From Haliotis rubra (lineage: Eukaryota), in NCBI RefSeq assembly GCF_003918875.1, contig NW_025765333.1:62001-126000 (forward strand): a stretch of DNA of 64,000 bases. Reading direction: 5' to 3'. Positions 27,468 to 41,212 of the stretch are shown piece by piece; the first letter of the stretch is position 1, and each line of letters opens with the position of its first letter. The translations under genes and the position numbers were made by a program. Under the pieces are notes generated by a model. The model searched no databases. It had not been told where the DNA came from and was given only the letters and a program-made list of their open reading frames with translations.

Positions 27468-28665
27468 TTACTATGCATTGATTAATAACACTCGATTTGA
27501 GTGCATAACAAGAAGGAAGGAACACAAAGTATATGTGTAGGTGTGTAAAGCTGCTTGAACCTGATGATATGTCGGTATGGCTATCTGTATGTGAGTCATC
27601 TGCTGGATCCGACACCCTCTTGGTCAAACTGTTAGACATACAGACGCCATCTTCATCACATGCATGGCAGCCACTGGGACATCGGAGTCTGCAATTCTCT
27701 CCCCTCCATCCGTCTTGACAATATCTGCATCTCCCATATCGGTCACATTCGTCATCTTTACAAGTGATACATTTCCGACAGTGAATTCTGTCCATGGTAA
27801 CCCCTTACACAGCCGTGGGTACAAGAACCATCTTGACTGGCACACAGTGATTCCGTGCACGTTGTACTGCACGGTGTCAGGCAGTATTTGCCATGCCAAC
27901 GGGGCTTACAGCCATCAACACAGGCACCATCATGGCTGTAACAACGAGAAGAGTTGCAGTTGGTGCTGCACCGGGTGGCACAACGATGACCGTGCCATCC
28001 TACTTCACAACCCTCCAGACAGTTACCGGTATAACGACCACAGTGCCTGTGCCCATCCCTGCCTCTGTAGCATGTTTAAGAACAGTTGTGGTTGCAGCGT
28101 CTTCTTCGGTAACCTGGACTACACTGTTCACAAATACCTGTTCCTCTGTCACAGCCAGTGGTCCAACATCGAGGGCACGTTTTGTCACACATGTTTCCAT
28201 AGAAACCCGGCTTGCAGCCATCAAGACAATATCCGGTCCAGCTGCATCTTCTGTTGAGGCAGGTATCACATGTTCTGTTGCAATACACTCCTGTCGAAGT
28301 TTCTTGACAGCCAAAGATACATCGACCTGTTTCTTTGTTACAGACTTGATCCTTGCAGTGTACACCAGTCAATCCTCCGTCACAGATTTCCGAACAAGCA
28401 CCTGTGTGGCGGTCACATATAGCAGAGATCACTATGATGATCGGGCATCTTCTCGGACAGAACACATTGCAGTCTCGTCCATAATATCCTGGCTTGCATG
28501 TGAAACATTCGCCAGTGATTCTGTTACACCCGTCTGTGTGACAGTTGTCATTACATGGGATGGTGCAGTTTGCTCCATAGCAACCAACGTAGCAAGACTG
28601 ACATCTTAGTCCACCGTTTCCATGTCGACATCCATCAGTGAAGCACGATGAGGAACTGGCCCCAA
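27468..28665 (-). pseudogene. EGF-repeat protein copy 3, pseudogene (exon 2 only)
   Basis: Acceptor at 28666-28668. Nonsense GAA>TAA at 28076-28078 and frameshifts near 27790 and 27548. No exon 1 seen upstream. Confidence 0.85.
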
Positions 28666-29397
28666 CTGAAATGAATCATATTACACGTGTTTTATTATCC
28701 ATCACCAAATGTATAGGGAGTTTATAACTGCACGTAGATTTTGATCATCAATTATCAAATAATACCTAGTGGCAACAGCTGCTATGTTAGAGGAGAGGTG
28801 CTGTTGGTGTGCGTGCATCTGTGTATGATTTATGAATGCGTTCTTTTTGGAGTCCTGGGGTTTTCTCAATCAAAATCTTGTCTCTTTCGAACAGTAATAG
28901 ACTGATCCAGTGTGTCAACTGAAACTGGCGTATGCCTCACTTTGAGCCACTCACAATACCAGGTATGTTTTGCGGATTTGTCAGTGACACATGGGTTTGT
29001 ACAGTAACATACATATATATGCAAATATGTGTTACATGTCCCTGTATCATATATACGTTACAGTGAATGCGTAAAACCAGCGATTATGTATAAACCCTGA
29101 CATGTTCAGTGAGTATATATAATGTCTGATTCCCTCAGTAATTATACATAATCACTGACATTTTCAGGGATTATACATTACTAGAATTTTAGACATATTT
29201 CCTTAAATCACTTCCTGTGTAGTTTGAAGAATATTTAATCTAAACAGGTGTGGAATCAGTTTCAGTTAGCATCTAGCTGAGATAAAATGGTCAATTAAGT
29301 AAGGAGGAAATCTGTTTGTTTGTTTTTTACTTCTGGTAACTGTATCTTAAAAAACCTTCTTACATATTATGAACTGAGTGAGATGGGACATTTTAAC

Positions 29398-29510
29398 AGC
29401 CTCGTTGTCTGACAGCATCACCACTGATTGGACCATGGGACTCAAGTATGTTCAGTTCCAGAAGAACCCCAGCTACCACAGCGGAATCAAGCAAACACCA
29501 TTTGCTACCT
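29398..29510 (+). mobile_element. Degenerate integrase-like fragment (Ginger/KRBA2-SCAND3 type)
   Basis: Translates to DWTMGLKYVQFQKN../YHSGIKQTPF with one frameshift. Confidence 0.5.
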
Positions 29511-30394
29511 TTACTGGATCAGATTGAATAACAACGCTGGAAAATCCATAGTGTGGAGACATTTTGGTTTTTGAAGCTTAAAGAAACTGGGAATGTGGAT
29601 GAGACACGCGTTGCTTGTAGAAATGACTTCAAATGAGACAATTCAAGGAGAAAAAATAGTATTTGAATAATTGGTCGCAATAGCATGTTGCAATAGACAT
29701 CACAATAGTCATTTCCCCTTCAATAGTCATCCCTACATTATGCAAAATCACTGAAAATTTCCGGGATTTTTGATAATCCCTCGTTTTACATATTCAGTGT
29801 AACATATATACCCCAAACATGAAGGTATATTTTAGCTAACGTGGTCGCTGCAATGTACAAACGACAAGAGTTGTAAATAGGGGATAACACAATAAACTCG
29901 TCTGAATATGAAAGAATAAATTTATTACAATTTGTTTTCTATTGTATTTCATTGCAAGTTACTTGATTGTTCATGTAATTCTGCTTTCCATGAAAGATCA
30001 TTCCCTTTGTTTGGCCATGACCATGACAACAACCATAGCTGGCGCTATCTTGGATCCCGTAATGCTTGCCACTGTTGCCACATGTCTGTCCCCAGCACTG
30101 GCTTTTCAGTTTGTCCAATATTTATGGAAGTGTGCCCAGAGCTTTGTATCTAAATTTGAAATTCCAAACTGAGTGACCTTGTCAAACAAATGGCTAAAAT
30201 GATTTGTTCAAGCTTCAGAAGTTTGAAGTTATACATTTTTAAAATTCCTATATTATTTAGGATGGCAATTGCTAAAATTATAAAGAAGGAAGGGTCATTG
30301 ACATTTGCTTCAGATTTGATGCTGAATATTAGCCTCAGTGTAGGTCTGGAAACGGTCCTGGTGAATTGCCGGATCTGATGTTCCATCTCTGTCT

Positions 30395-32780
30395 TTATTA
30401 ACTATTCGTTTATCTTTATTCATCAGTGTTGTTGGTTTATCAAGGAGAACAAGATATAGAATAACGACAGCGTTGAAACTGTTGACTATTTATGGGTATC
30501 CAGATAATGTACAACTTGAATGTGCTTTCTTTCACAGTATACATAAAGTTACAACGGAAACTAGAAACAACACAATTTTATAACTATGCATTAACCTTTG
30601 AGAAAGACAACAGTTATGTCTGTTAATTTGTCTTGTGTGTACTTATTTCTATAAAAGACCAAATAACCTAAACAAGGAAGTATTAGGTCGGAGGTGATGT
30701 TTACACCCCGTGACTGTCACAGCTGCCAGCACGCAGGTACAAACATATATAACTGCACTGACGTAAACCTCCTGAAATCCTGCTCGATTGTAACATATAT
30801 CAATAACATCCTATTCATTAAGTACTCCTTGCTTTGGTTCATCGCCACATGCATAGTACTCCGTTACACATACACCTAGATTATAATTCAGCGATAACTA
30901 AACGGTGTTTACTAATGGTGTATAGCTATTTACTGAGCTATTTCACAGGCACTCGGTGTCACTAAACGTTACCACACAATACTGACAATCATCTCAAATC
31001 CTCACCAGCAGAACCGAAGAAAAGGAGTAACTTTATAAGGTTCACGACGTCTCTATCCATTTCACAACTGGGTTGTGTTGAAATACAACCACGGGAAATC
31101 TCGAAGCTGTTATCGTAGTGATTATCATGACAGGTGATCACTCTGATGAACGTCATTATGACTGCATACTGAATATTTGGAACCAACTTTGGTATCCAGG
31201 CGTACAAACAAGTGATGATAACGAAATGGTCCTTGAAGTCTGGGCATGAGACATATCGCCAAGATCGTTTTGCCAAGAGGATGTTTTGGTGACACTCATT
31301 CCTAATAAGTCCTCTCTTACGTTAGTCAGGAATAATATTGCCCTTCCTTGAATGTACACGAGTTTCACCAAAATCACAAATTGTTAACAAATCGATACAC
31401 CACAAATACAACCGACGCGGTATATTACAATTAACGTACTTTGTGCGTTGTCGGTCGGCCACATACGTCGTGATTCTGTTTGTATATGACCGTCAGCAAC
31501 AAACATTTGTTGTAGGGGATTACCCCCACAAAGTCCAAGTGGAATCATTATAAATAGCATTGAATGCGTTATGACAACATTCATAGTTACACTTCAATCC
31601 ACGTTAGTGTTGAACGAGATAGATATTATAGACGTTAGACACCGTATCACCCGTTCCCATTGGTTATGACAATGTCTCACTGCAAAGTTCTTTTCATAGT
31701 GATTAAATGATTCGCTAATCACACCAAAGATCGATTCCCAAGTGTGTTTACATACAATATTTGAAAGGGGCGTAAAACCCATATACTATCATTGTGAGAA
31801 ATATTTAGATACATGTCAGTTAGAACTACCATTTAGTATTATTAGTATTATTATTAGCATCAGTAGATAATATATAAGATTCAGGACAATGGAAGCCCCA
31901 ATGTAATTTGGGAGATTTTGGCTATCTTTAATATCGATGAAAACCAAAGAGGGTCAACTTGGCCTCTGATAAATATCCTGTCTTCATGTTATATAACCTA
32001 AACAAATTGTTTCTGCTTCAAATGTTTCAAGTCTTGCACCGATTTCAATATGCTATCATGGTTTTGCTTCCTAAATGTATAAACCGCCTCCGTGGTGTAG
32101 TGGTTAGAGCGTCCGCCCGGAGAGCGGAAGGTCGCGGGTTCGATCCCCGACCGCGTCATACCAAAAGACGTTAAAATATGGTACTTGTTGGTCCCTGCCT
32201 GGCGCTCGGCATTAATGGGTACAACAAGGACTGGTCGGCTCGGAGTCAGTATAATGTGTCTGAGTGGGGTATTCATGCTTCACTGCGGCATGGTATCTCA
32301 GAGGGCTAGCACTATAAAACCAGCTTCAGTCTGGGCTAGTACAAGCAGCCGCACATACACATACACACGCATGCACGACGTCATATGAGCGAAATATTCT
32401 CAAGCACGACGTAAAACCCAATGCCACCTCACCTCACCTCCTAAATGTATAAATAGTCAGTGCCAAGAATAATAACTCTGCACCATCCTTGGGAAGAATT
32501 AGGGGCGGTGGAGTAGCCTAGTGGTTCAAGCGTTTGTTCGTCACGACGAAAACCTACTTTCGATCCTCCACATGGGTACAATATGTGAACCTCTTTTCTG
32601 TTGTCCAGAGGGTATCAATAGGACTTCAGTCCTGCTTCTCAACGAAGCACGTGTAACACATGTGGTCTCACATTAGGCAAGTGACATTGTTCACAAAGAC
32701 CTCTGTTCACCAAACAGTGAATGGGATGTGATGGCAATGACTGTTAACCCTGCAGGTTGATTTATAGAGTACACATAAGT
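30395..32780 (+). repeat. Left arm of diverged inverted duplication
   Basis: Multiple colinear reverse-complement blocks match 39325-41565, e.g. 30685-30880 vs 40920-41112 and 32475-32725 vs 39395-39718. Confidence 0.85.
32084..32438 (+). mobile_element. Full-length tRNA-derived SINE with Meta-type core
   Basis: tRNA-like head (GGTGTAGTGGT, GGTTCGATCCC), core GGACTGGTCGGCTCGGAGTCAGTATAATGTG, (ACCTC)n tail, 15-bp TSD TCCTAAATGTATAAA. Confidence 0.9.
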
Positions 32781-32788
32781 ACACACAT

Positions 32789-33495
32789 TATTATTATTAT
32801 TATTATGTTTTACAGATTAAAAATTGTATGCAGCAGAGAGGGTTCGGGTGATCCTGGCACTATTATTATTATTATTATTATTATTATGTTTTACAGATTA
32901 AGATAAAAATGCAGCAGAGAGGGTTCGGGTGATCGTCAGGCTGGTAAGGCTCATGATCAGCTCAGGGCCCTTGACCCCTTTACAGCTAAAGTGACTTCCA
33001 GTGGAGTACCAGGGCACTCTCCTGATCAAGGCCTCGTTTCACAAAGATCTCGTAAGCCTAAGATCTCGTACGTTTTCTCGTAGCATTCGTGCCTCCTACA
33101 CTGTAACATAGGAGACACGAATGCTACGAAAAAAGTTACGAGATCGTAGGCTTACGAGAGCTTTGTGAAACGGGGCCCTGGGCCAATAGAACAGGAGGTA
33201 CCAAACCAAGGGAACCGAGAACAATGGGGAGCCTGACGACAGTATACTGATGAAAGCGAGACATTACAAAGGCGAGGTCCGCATATTTAGCATGCTTTTC
33301 CTGAATCTTGCCAATCACGTTGCCGTCAAAGGGGACAGAAAATGCAATGTTATAAATAAATTCATTATCCTTATCGAAAAGGACAAGGTAAGGTTTGTTG
33401 GCTGGGAATCTTCTGAGGCTGTATATGGGCCTTAAGAAAAGAAGTTTAAAAACATCATTTTCCATGATGCTATTATTATTATTATTGTTATTATT
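32789..33495 (-). mobile_element. 5'-truncated R4/Dong-like non-LTR retrotransposon (restriction-like endonuclease end) in (TAA)n
   Basis: ENDVFKLL..ANKPYLVLFDK..FSVPFDGNV..QEKHAKYADL..PIVLGSLG; (TAA)n on both sides. Confidence 0.7.
33027..33180. mobile_element. Palindromic MITE (Harbinger-like termini)
   Basis: Near-perfect ~150-bp fold-back GGCCTCGTTTCACAAAG...CTTTGTGAAACGGGGCC. Related element at 56902-57022. Confidence 0.8.
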
Positions 33496-35569
33496 TTGTT
33501 CTTCGGTAATGCAATCAGTATACAATGGTATTCATTATGAAAGTTACCTGTTTCCTGATTATGTTCCCAATAAAATGTTCACGACTTCAGTTTGAAGAAA
33601 TCTGTCAAGGTTATAATCACACAATAGCCACAAGATCTGACAGTCTCCAAACGTTCCCACGGAGTTATATATAATACTTGAAAAACATCTCAAATACTGA
33701 CCTCCGTAACTTTCGAAGCAAAGGAACAATGGCAGCATAAGGATGACTCCATCCATTGCAATCGCTGACTGTAGGTCTAGTTGTCGTATAGAGAGTGAGA
33801 CCTTATCTTACTTACCATCTTTTTTTTAATCTTTAATCCTCGCGAAGACACGAGCTGTAAACATCCATCACTATTTTTGTTTGCACTTGTAGTCATCTTA
33901 CAAATGGGATTGTTTGCATTTATATGATGCACTGAGTATTCTATAATTTCATGGAAATCTACTGTTAGTATTTGACATGTTTAAACAATCTTTTTGCTGT
34001 CACGTCTGCAGTTGTATGGTGTGTTTTCAAATAAGTGTTCGGTTTATCTTAACTCACCTCATACATATTTTTGTGTCGCCTGATATACTGATACTGATTC
34101 AATACAGATGCCGACATTTAAGATCCAGTGACATGTTTTGAACCTTTCCATGTCAATATTTATCTGTTGTGTATAATAACGTATTTCCAAGTTTCAACAA
34201 GTAGTCACTTGTTATCACGCAAGCTGAAAATTAACTGACAGAGAAGATATATGAACGTTTATATCGAAAAATATCAGCTGTATCCAGTGCATATTGTGTG
34301 AGGTCCGATATCTTGCCGCAGTATATCAACTTATGGGTAGTATATCAAATCTGTGTGAAGGGTAGGGAAATCCCTTGATGACCCCTTACATATCATACGT
34401 TTGCAGTGAAGTGACGGATGAAGGATTTATTTTGAAAGGAGAGGTAATTGAAAAAAATAGCTATAACTAAACTTTATATCATCACAAATAACATTTCAAT
34501 TAGTTTCACATCAACAACTATCTTCAGTAACCAATTCTTGTCGTAAGAGGCGAAAACGGGATCGGATGGTCAGAATCGCTGACCTGGTTGACCAATGTCA
34601 TCTTATCCCATTCAACACCACTATCATGTAGCTGAAATGTCGCTGTTTACTTACATGCATGACACATTACAATGCCACCTAACAGTGATAGCTTGAAACT
34701 ACACAAGATCTTCATACTCGCCTATAACAAAATATATCTACATCATAAGTGACAATGACATTGAATGCCATGTCTGTAGCAATTGGCAGAGTCCCCCAGA
34801 GCATGAACTGCAGATGCTGTTGAAGCTCATGTAACTCTACCAAAACCCAGAAGTAAGGCATTGCATGTAAAGCTGGTCTAAATGGGAGAATTGCATAATG
34901 TCAGAGGCTGACCGTAATAAGAACATGGACAGGATAGCAACTTTTCTAAAAGTGACAAGTGACAAGGCATCTTTATCGTGACATGTTCGAACATTTTGTT
35001 AATTTAACATGTGAAAAGACTGTGTTTAACCTATATTCAGGGAATCTAAACTTGAAATCAGTCACAAGCCGTTTCAACAGGAGCATGTGACTAATGAAAG
35101 GGCGTTCTGTCAGGACATAACAGTAAACAGACTGAAAGTAACTGAAGTCTCATAGATAACATGGGCACAACAGTATCGGGCGGATTATTTCCAGTTATGC
35201 TGTTCGGCAATGAACTCCTATATTAGTGAAACATTCGTGATTTCCTACCTGTGACTATTTTGATAGTGTTCCTGTATTTACTAGCATGTTGACACACTTC
35301 CACATTTTGAGAGCTTTCATGGATTTCAGCACATGGCCCAATTAATAGGCTTTCCTTTTGTGGTTTTTAACAACTCACTATTTACACTATCAACGCAGAG
35401 CACATTCTGGATCATCAACAATATTAGAGGAAATCTGTCAAATAATGATAAACTGAACTGAAGAACTGAAGTAAATAATCTACCTTAGTCAAGGATATAC
35501 AGGTAGTTTAAACATGATTTGTGTACTGAATTCTACGTCACACTTACACGACCACTAAGATCAGTTGTC

Positions 35570-35850
35570 GCATCTCTGAGGTGTGTGCTCCCCTCCAATC
35601 CCAGTGGATGAACGTTACCGCAAACTATGCAACACTCTGTGTGTAGAAGACGTAAAACATTTTGTCACATGTTGTCCGCTCTACAGTGACATTAGATATG
35701 AACTTCACTCCCAATTATCCAAAGAAGTGCCTGAAGTTGATTATTTGGATCCCAATGGTATATTAATCTATTTAATGCAGAATATAGATATTATATAGCT
35801 CAACTAATCCTAAAAATGTTTTATAGAAGAAAAATGTTTACTTAGTAATA
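35570..35850 (+). mobile_element. LINE 3' fragment (C-terminal zinc-finger region)
   Basis: ERYRKLCNTLCVEDVKHFVTCCPLYSDIR. Confidence 0.6.
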
Positions 35851-36311
35851 TGCTTCAATCAGTCACTTTTTAATGTACCTATCTTATGTACAAATTGTGT
35901 ACGGTTGAATGTGTGTCAGTGCACAGTAAGTACAGTGTACATTTATGTACAGTGTTATGAATAGTGTGTTGTATGGTTTGAATTATGTACAGAGTGTGCT
36001 GAAATGAGTGAAGTATGTTATGTTCAGGGTGGTGTTATGTTATAGATCCTTACCTGTAGAATCCTGAATGGACAGATGTCATGATTTCTTTCAGCAGTGT
36101 AGATTTCTGGATACAGAACTGGTATGACATTGTGTAGCATGTAGGCAAGCATGTATATATGTTTGTGTGTGTACTTGTGTGTGAAATCTATTTCATATTT
36201 AAGTGGAAACATCTTTTGACATGTATTATGTACCTCTTCAGGGATGCTAGCTTGTGGATGCATGTTTGGCTGCCTTCGGTTTTATGCGTGCGTACGTACA
36301 TATGGATGTAT

Positions 36312-36754
36312 NNNNNNNNNNNNNNNNNNNNNNNNNNNNNNNNNNNNNNNNNNNNNNNNNNNNNNNNNNNNNNNNNNNNNNNNNNNNNNNNNNNNNNNNN
36401 NNNNNNNNNNNNNNNNNNNNNNNNNNNNNNNNNNNNNNNNNNNNNNNNNNNNNNNNNNNNNNNNNNNNNNNNNNNNNNNNNNNNNNNNNNNNNNNNNNNN
36501 NNNNNNNNNNNNNNNNNNNNNNNNNNNNNNNNNNNNNNNNNNNNNNNNNNNNNNNNNNNNNNNNNNNNNNNNNNNNNNNNNNNNNNNNNNNNNNNNNNNN
36601 NNNNNNNNNNNNNNNNNNNNNNNNNNNNNNNNNNNNNNNNNNNNNNNNNNNNNNNNNNNNNNNNNNNNNNNNNNNNNNNNNNNNNNNNNNNNNNNNNNNN
36701 NNNNNNNNNNNNNNNNNNNNNNNNNNNNNNNNNNNNNNNNNNNNNNNNNNNNNN
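36312..36754. other. Assembly gap
   Basis: Run of N. Confidence 1.
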
Positions 36755-38935
36755 ATGTATGCATGGCTGGCTGCATGCATGCATGGCTGCATGTATGCAT
36801 GGCTGTATGCATGCATGCATGGCTGGCTTGCTGGATGCATGCACGCATGGGTGGCTGGATACATGCATGGCTGGCTGCATGTATGCTGGCTGGCTGCATG
36901 CATGCATGGATGGGTGCATGTATGCATGGCAGGCTGGATGCATGTATGGCTGCATTGATGGCTTGCTGCACTGATGGCTTGCTGCATGCATGGCTGGCTG
37001 CATGCATGGCTGAGTGCACGGCTGGCTGCATGCATGCATGCATGCATTGCTGGCTGCATGCATGCATGCATGGCTGAATGCAAGCATGGATGGCTGCATG
37101 CATGCATGGCTGGCTGCATGCATGGATGGCTGGCTGCATGCATGGCTAGCTGCAAGCATGGCTGGCTGCATGCATGGCTGGCTGCATGTCTGGATGTATG
37201 GCTGGCTGCATGGCTGGCTGCATGCATGCATGCATGGCTGGCTGGCTGCATGCATGGCGGGCTGCATGCATGGCTGGCTGAGTGCTTTGCTGGCTGGATG
37301 CATGCATGCATTGCTGGCTGGATGCATGGTTGGCTGCATTCATGGCTGGCTGGCTGCATGCATGAATGGCTGCATTCATGGCAGGCTGGCTGCATGCATG
37401 CATGGCTGGCTGCATGCACGTATGGTTGGCTACATGCATGCATCTATGGCTGGCTGGCTGCATGTATGGATGGCTGTCTGGCTGCATGTATGCATCGTTG
37501 GCTGCATGCATGCACGGCAGCGGATGCATGCATGCATCGCTGGCTGGCTGGATGCGTGCATGGCTGGATGCATGCATGGCTGGTTGGCTGCATGCATGCA
37601 TCGCTGGCTGGCTGCATGGCTGGTTGGCTGCATGCATAGCTGGCTGCATGCATGGCTAGCTGCGAGCATGGCTGGCTGGCTGCATGCATGGCTGGCTGGC
37701 TGCGTGCACGTATGCATGGCTGGCTGCATGCATGGCTGGCTACATGCATGTGTGTGGCTGGCTGCATGCATGCATGCATGGCTTGCTGGCTCTATGCATG
37801 CATGCATGGAGGGCTTGCTGGATTCATGCACTTATGGCTGGCTGGCTGCATGCATGGCTGGCTGCATACATGGCTAGGTGCAAGCGTGGCTGGCTGCATG
37901 GATGGCTGGCTGCATGACTGGCTGGCTGCATACATGCATGGCTGGCTGCATGCATGCATGCATTGCTGGCTGGATGCACGCATGGCTGGCTGGCTGGATG
38001 CATGCATGGCTGGCTGCATCCATGCATGTGCTGGCTGCATGCACAGTTGGCTGCATGCATGGCTGGCTGCATGCATGAATGCATGCATGCATGGCTGGCT
38101 GGATGCATGCATGAATGCTTGCATGGGTGGATGGATGCATGCATGGCTGGCTGGCTGGCTGCATGGCTGGCTGCATGCATGGCTGGCTGGCTGCATGGCT
38201 GGCTGGCAGCATGCATGCATGGCTGGCAGCATGCATGCATGGCTGGCTTGATGAATGCATGGCTGGCTGGCTGGCTGCATGCATGCATGGTTGGCTGCTT
38301 GCTTGCATGCATGCATCACTGGCTGGTTGGATGCGTGCATGGCTGGATGCATCCATGCATGTGCTGGCTGCATGCACAGTTGGCTGCATGCATGGCTGGC
38401 TGCATGCATGCATGAATGCATGCATGCATGGCTGGCTGGATGCATGGATGAATGCTTGCATGGCTGGATGGATGCATGCATGGCTGGCTGGCTGGCTGCA
38501 TGGCTGGCTGCGTGCATGGCTGGCTGGCTGCATGACTGGCTGGCAGCATGCATGCATGGCTGGCTTGATGAATGCATGGCTGGCTGGCTGGCTGCATGCA
38601 TGCATGGTTGGCTGCTTGCTTGCATGCATGCATCACTGGCTGGTTGGATGCGTGCATGGCTGGATGCATGCAAGCATGGCTGGCTGGCTGCATTCATGGT
38701 TGGCTGCATGGCTGGCTGCATGCATGGCTGGCTTGCTGGATGGCTGCATGCATGGCTGGCTTGCTGGCTGGCTGCAAGGCTTGCTGCATGCATGGCTGGC
38801 TTGCTGGCTGGCTGCATTCATGGCTGGCATGCTGGCTGGCTGCATGCATGGCTGCATTCATGGCTGGTTGCATGGCTGCATGTCTGGCTGCATGGCTTGT
38901 GTAGATACGGTTGCATGCATGGTTGCATGCATGGT
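36755..38935. repeat. Compound tetranucleotide satellite (GCAT/GGCT) with ~320-330-bp higher-order repeat
   Basis: Almost entirely GCAT and GGCT units. Variant landmarks recur at ~38021/38354 and ~38246/38563. Confidence 0.95.
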
Positions 38936-40518
38936 TTGTGTAGGCACGGTTGTATATATGTGTGTGGAGTGTTGTATGTGATTATGGAAGTGTATGATTG
39001 TAAATGTATGTATATGTAGATATTTATGATGATATGTTTGGTGGTGGTGTGTGTATATGTGTGTTAATGTGTATGTATGGATGTAGGTATGGTTATATGT
39101 ATGGCTGTATGTATGTATGTGTGGTTTTATTTATGATGTGTATAGTATTTATACGCGTGTGTGTTGTGTATGGCTGCATGTGTTTTCATATTTTATTACT
39201 GATATATTGTGTATATACCATTGTATGCTGATTTCATTACGGTAAAGAGCAAAATAAATATAATGCGTGTACATATGTTGCGCAATATCAAAGCGCTTAA
39301 ATTATTACCCCATCAAAGGATCAGCATGTACTATAACCCAAGCTGTATGTGAGGAGCTAGAAAGTTAACAGTCATCATCATACCCCACCGGTTACCCATT
39401 CACTGCTGGATGAACAGAGGATATTGTGCACATAGTCACTTGCCTTAGGTGTGACCACAAGTGTTACATGTGCTTCGTTGTGCGGCAGGACTGAAGTCCC
39501 ATAGAAACCCTCTGAAATCAAGCTGCCAAACACGGTAACCCATAGAATGACTCATCAACGTTGCTTAATGCAACAACACGGTGGGGGACAACAGAAAAGA
39601 GGTTCTCATATTGTACCCATGTCGGGAATCGAAAGCAGGTGTTTGTCGAGACGAACGAACGCTTTAACCACTGGGCTACTCCACCGCCCCTAACTATTCC
39701 CGATTATGGTGCAGAGTTTGTACAGTAAGGAAACAAAACCATGATAGCGTAGTTATATCGATGCATAACATTAAGACTTGAAGCATGTAATGCAGCAACA
39801 ATGTTTAGGCTATCACAAGCTAAAGACAAGACAGGATGTATATTAGAGTCTTTTATTCTCTTTGGTTTTCTATCTACACATTATCAAACTGTTTTAAAAT
39901 CTTTTATATTAACTTCTGATACTAATATTAATACTAATAATTACTACTAAATGATAGTTATAACTGACACGTGTCTAAATATTTCTCATAACGATAATGT
40001 ATGTGCTATACGCCCCTTTCAAATATTGTATGTAAACCCACTTGGGAATCGATCCCGGGCCTTCGGTGCGACGAACGAATCCTTTAACCACTAAGCTGCT
40101 ATCGCCCCCATAAGAAATGAACTTGCAGTGCGTTGAGACATTGTCATAACTAACGTATATAATGTCTATCTCGTTCAACGCGGACATGGGCTGAAGTGTG
40201 ACAATGCATCTTGCCATAACACGTTCAATGCCATATAAAATGCCATGTGTAATTTGGAGGTAATCCCCTACAACACATGTATGTTGTTACCGGTCATATA
40301 CAAACATAGTCACTACGTCAGTGACTGATTTAGTGTATGGATAGCCCAATTACGTAAAAAGTACGTTGATTGTAATATACATTGTGGATTGTATTACACC
40401 CAAGTTCGTTCGGATCAATGAAGGCGGTACGTTTTTGTGGTGTATTGATTTGTTAAAAATTTGTCACTAATGTGATTTGGGTGAAAGTCGTGTTCATTCG
40501 AGGAAGGGCCATAGTTTC

Positions 40519-40695
40519 CCTGACTTATTAGGATGAGTGAAACCAAAGCATCCCGTCTTATCCAAACAATCCTGGCGAACTGGTTCATGCCCTGACGGGA
40601 AGGAACCTGACTCATTAGGATGAGTGTAACCAAAGTATCCCCTCTTATCCAAACAATCCTGGCGAACTGGTTCATGCCCTGACGGGAAGGAACAT
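40519..40695. repeat. 87-bp tandem duplication
   Basis: CCTGAC.TATTAGGATGAGTG...GACGGGAAGGAAC occurs twice. Confidence 0.85.
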
Positions 40696-41170
40696 TTGTT
40701 TTTATCACTTGTGTATACACTTGGACACCAAACTACAAATCAGACTACTCAATATGCAGCCATAATGCCTCTTATCCACGTGATACACTTGTCATTATAT
40801 TCACTACGATAACAGCTACGTGACTTGGATTACAGCCCACGAGATACCCCTTTGTATTTCAAACTTGAGTCACCCGACCCACCACCACCTGAACAGTGTT
40901 CAATCGTGTAATCAGTAGCTTAGGTGTATGTGTAACGGAGTAGCATGCATGTAACGATGAATATAAGCGAAAACCAAGGAGTACTAAATGAAAATAATGT
41001 TTTTGATAGATTGACCTTGATGTAAGGGTAATTATGTACAGTTATACACATGCTTGTACCTGCGTGCTGACAGCTGTGGCAGTCACGGGGTGTAAAGATC
41101 ACCTCCGACCTACTGTTTCCTCGAGTCTTTGAAGGGCATTTAGAAGTGTCAACTTCTTTATTATGAAGGG

Positions 41171-41212
41171 TCACGACGTTTCGAAGTATATTCTTACTCA
41201 TTCATCAGGTGA
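41171..41212 (-). ncRNA. Minimal type-I hammerhead ribozyme (Penelope-like element remnant)
   Basis: Minus strand UCAC-CUGAUGA-(stem II GAGUA/UACUU)-CGAAAC-GUC-GUGA, followed by AAUAAA. Confidence 0.6.

Noticed and set aside
32084-32160. tRNA-like sequence (also 23725-23795, 52468-52540)
   Set aside because: SINE heads: they continue into SINE body and tail and are bounded by TSDs.
34365-34374. Perfect kB site GGGAAATCCC
   Set aside because: Isolated 10-mer far from any intact promoter; compatible with chance.
36159-39231. Many long ORFs rich in C/M/H/A/W/Q
   Set aside because: Translations of the stop-poor tetranucleotide satellite and the N gap in all six frames.
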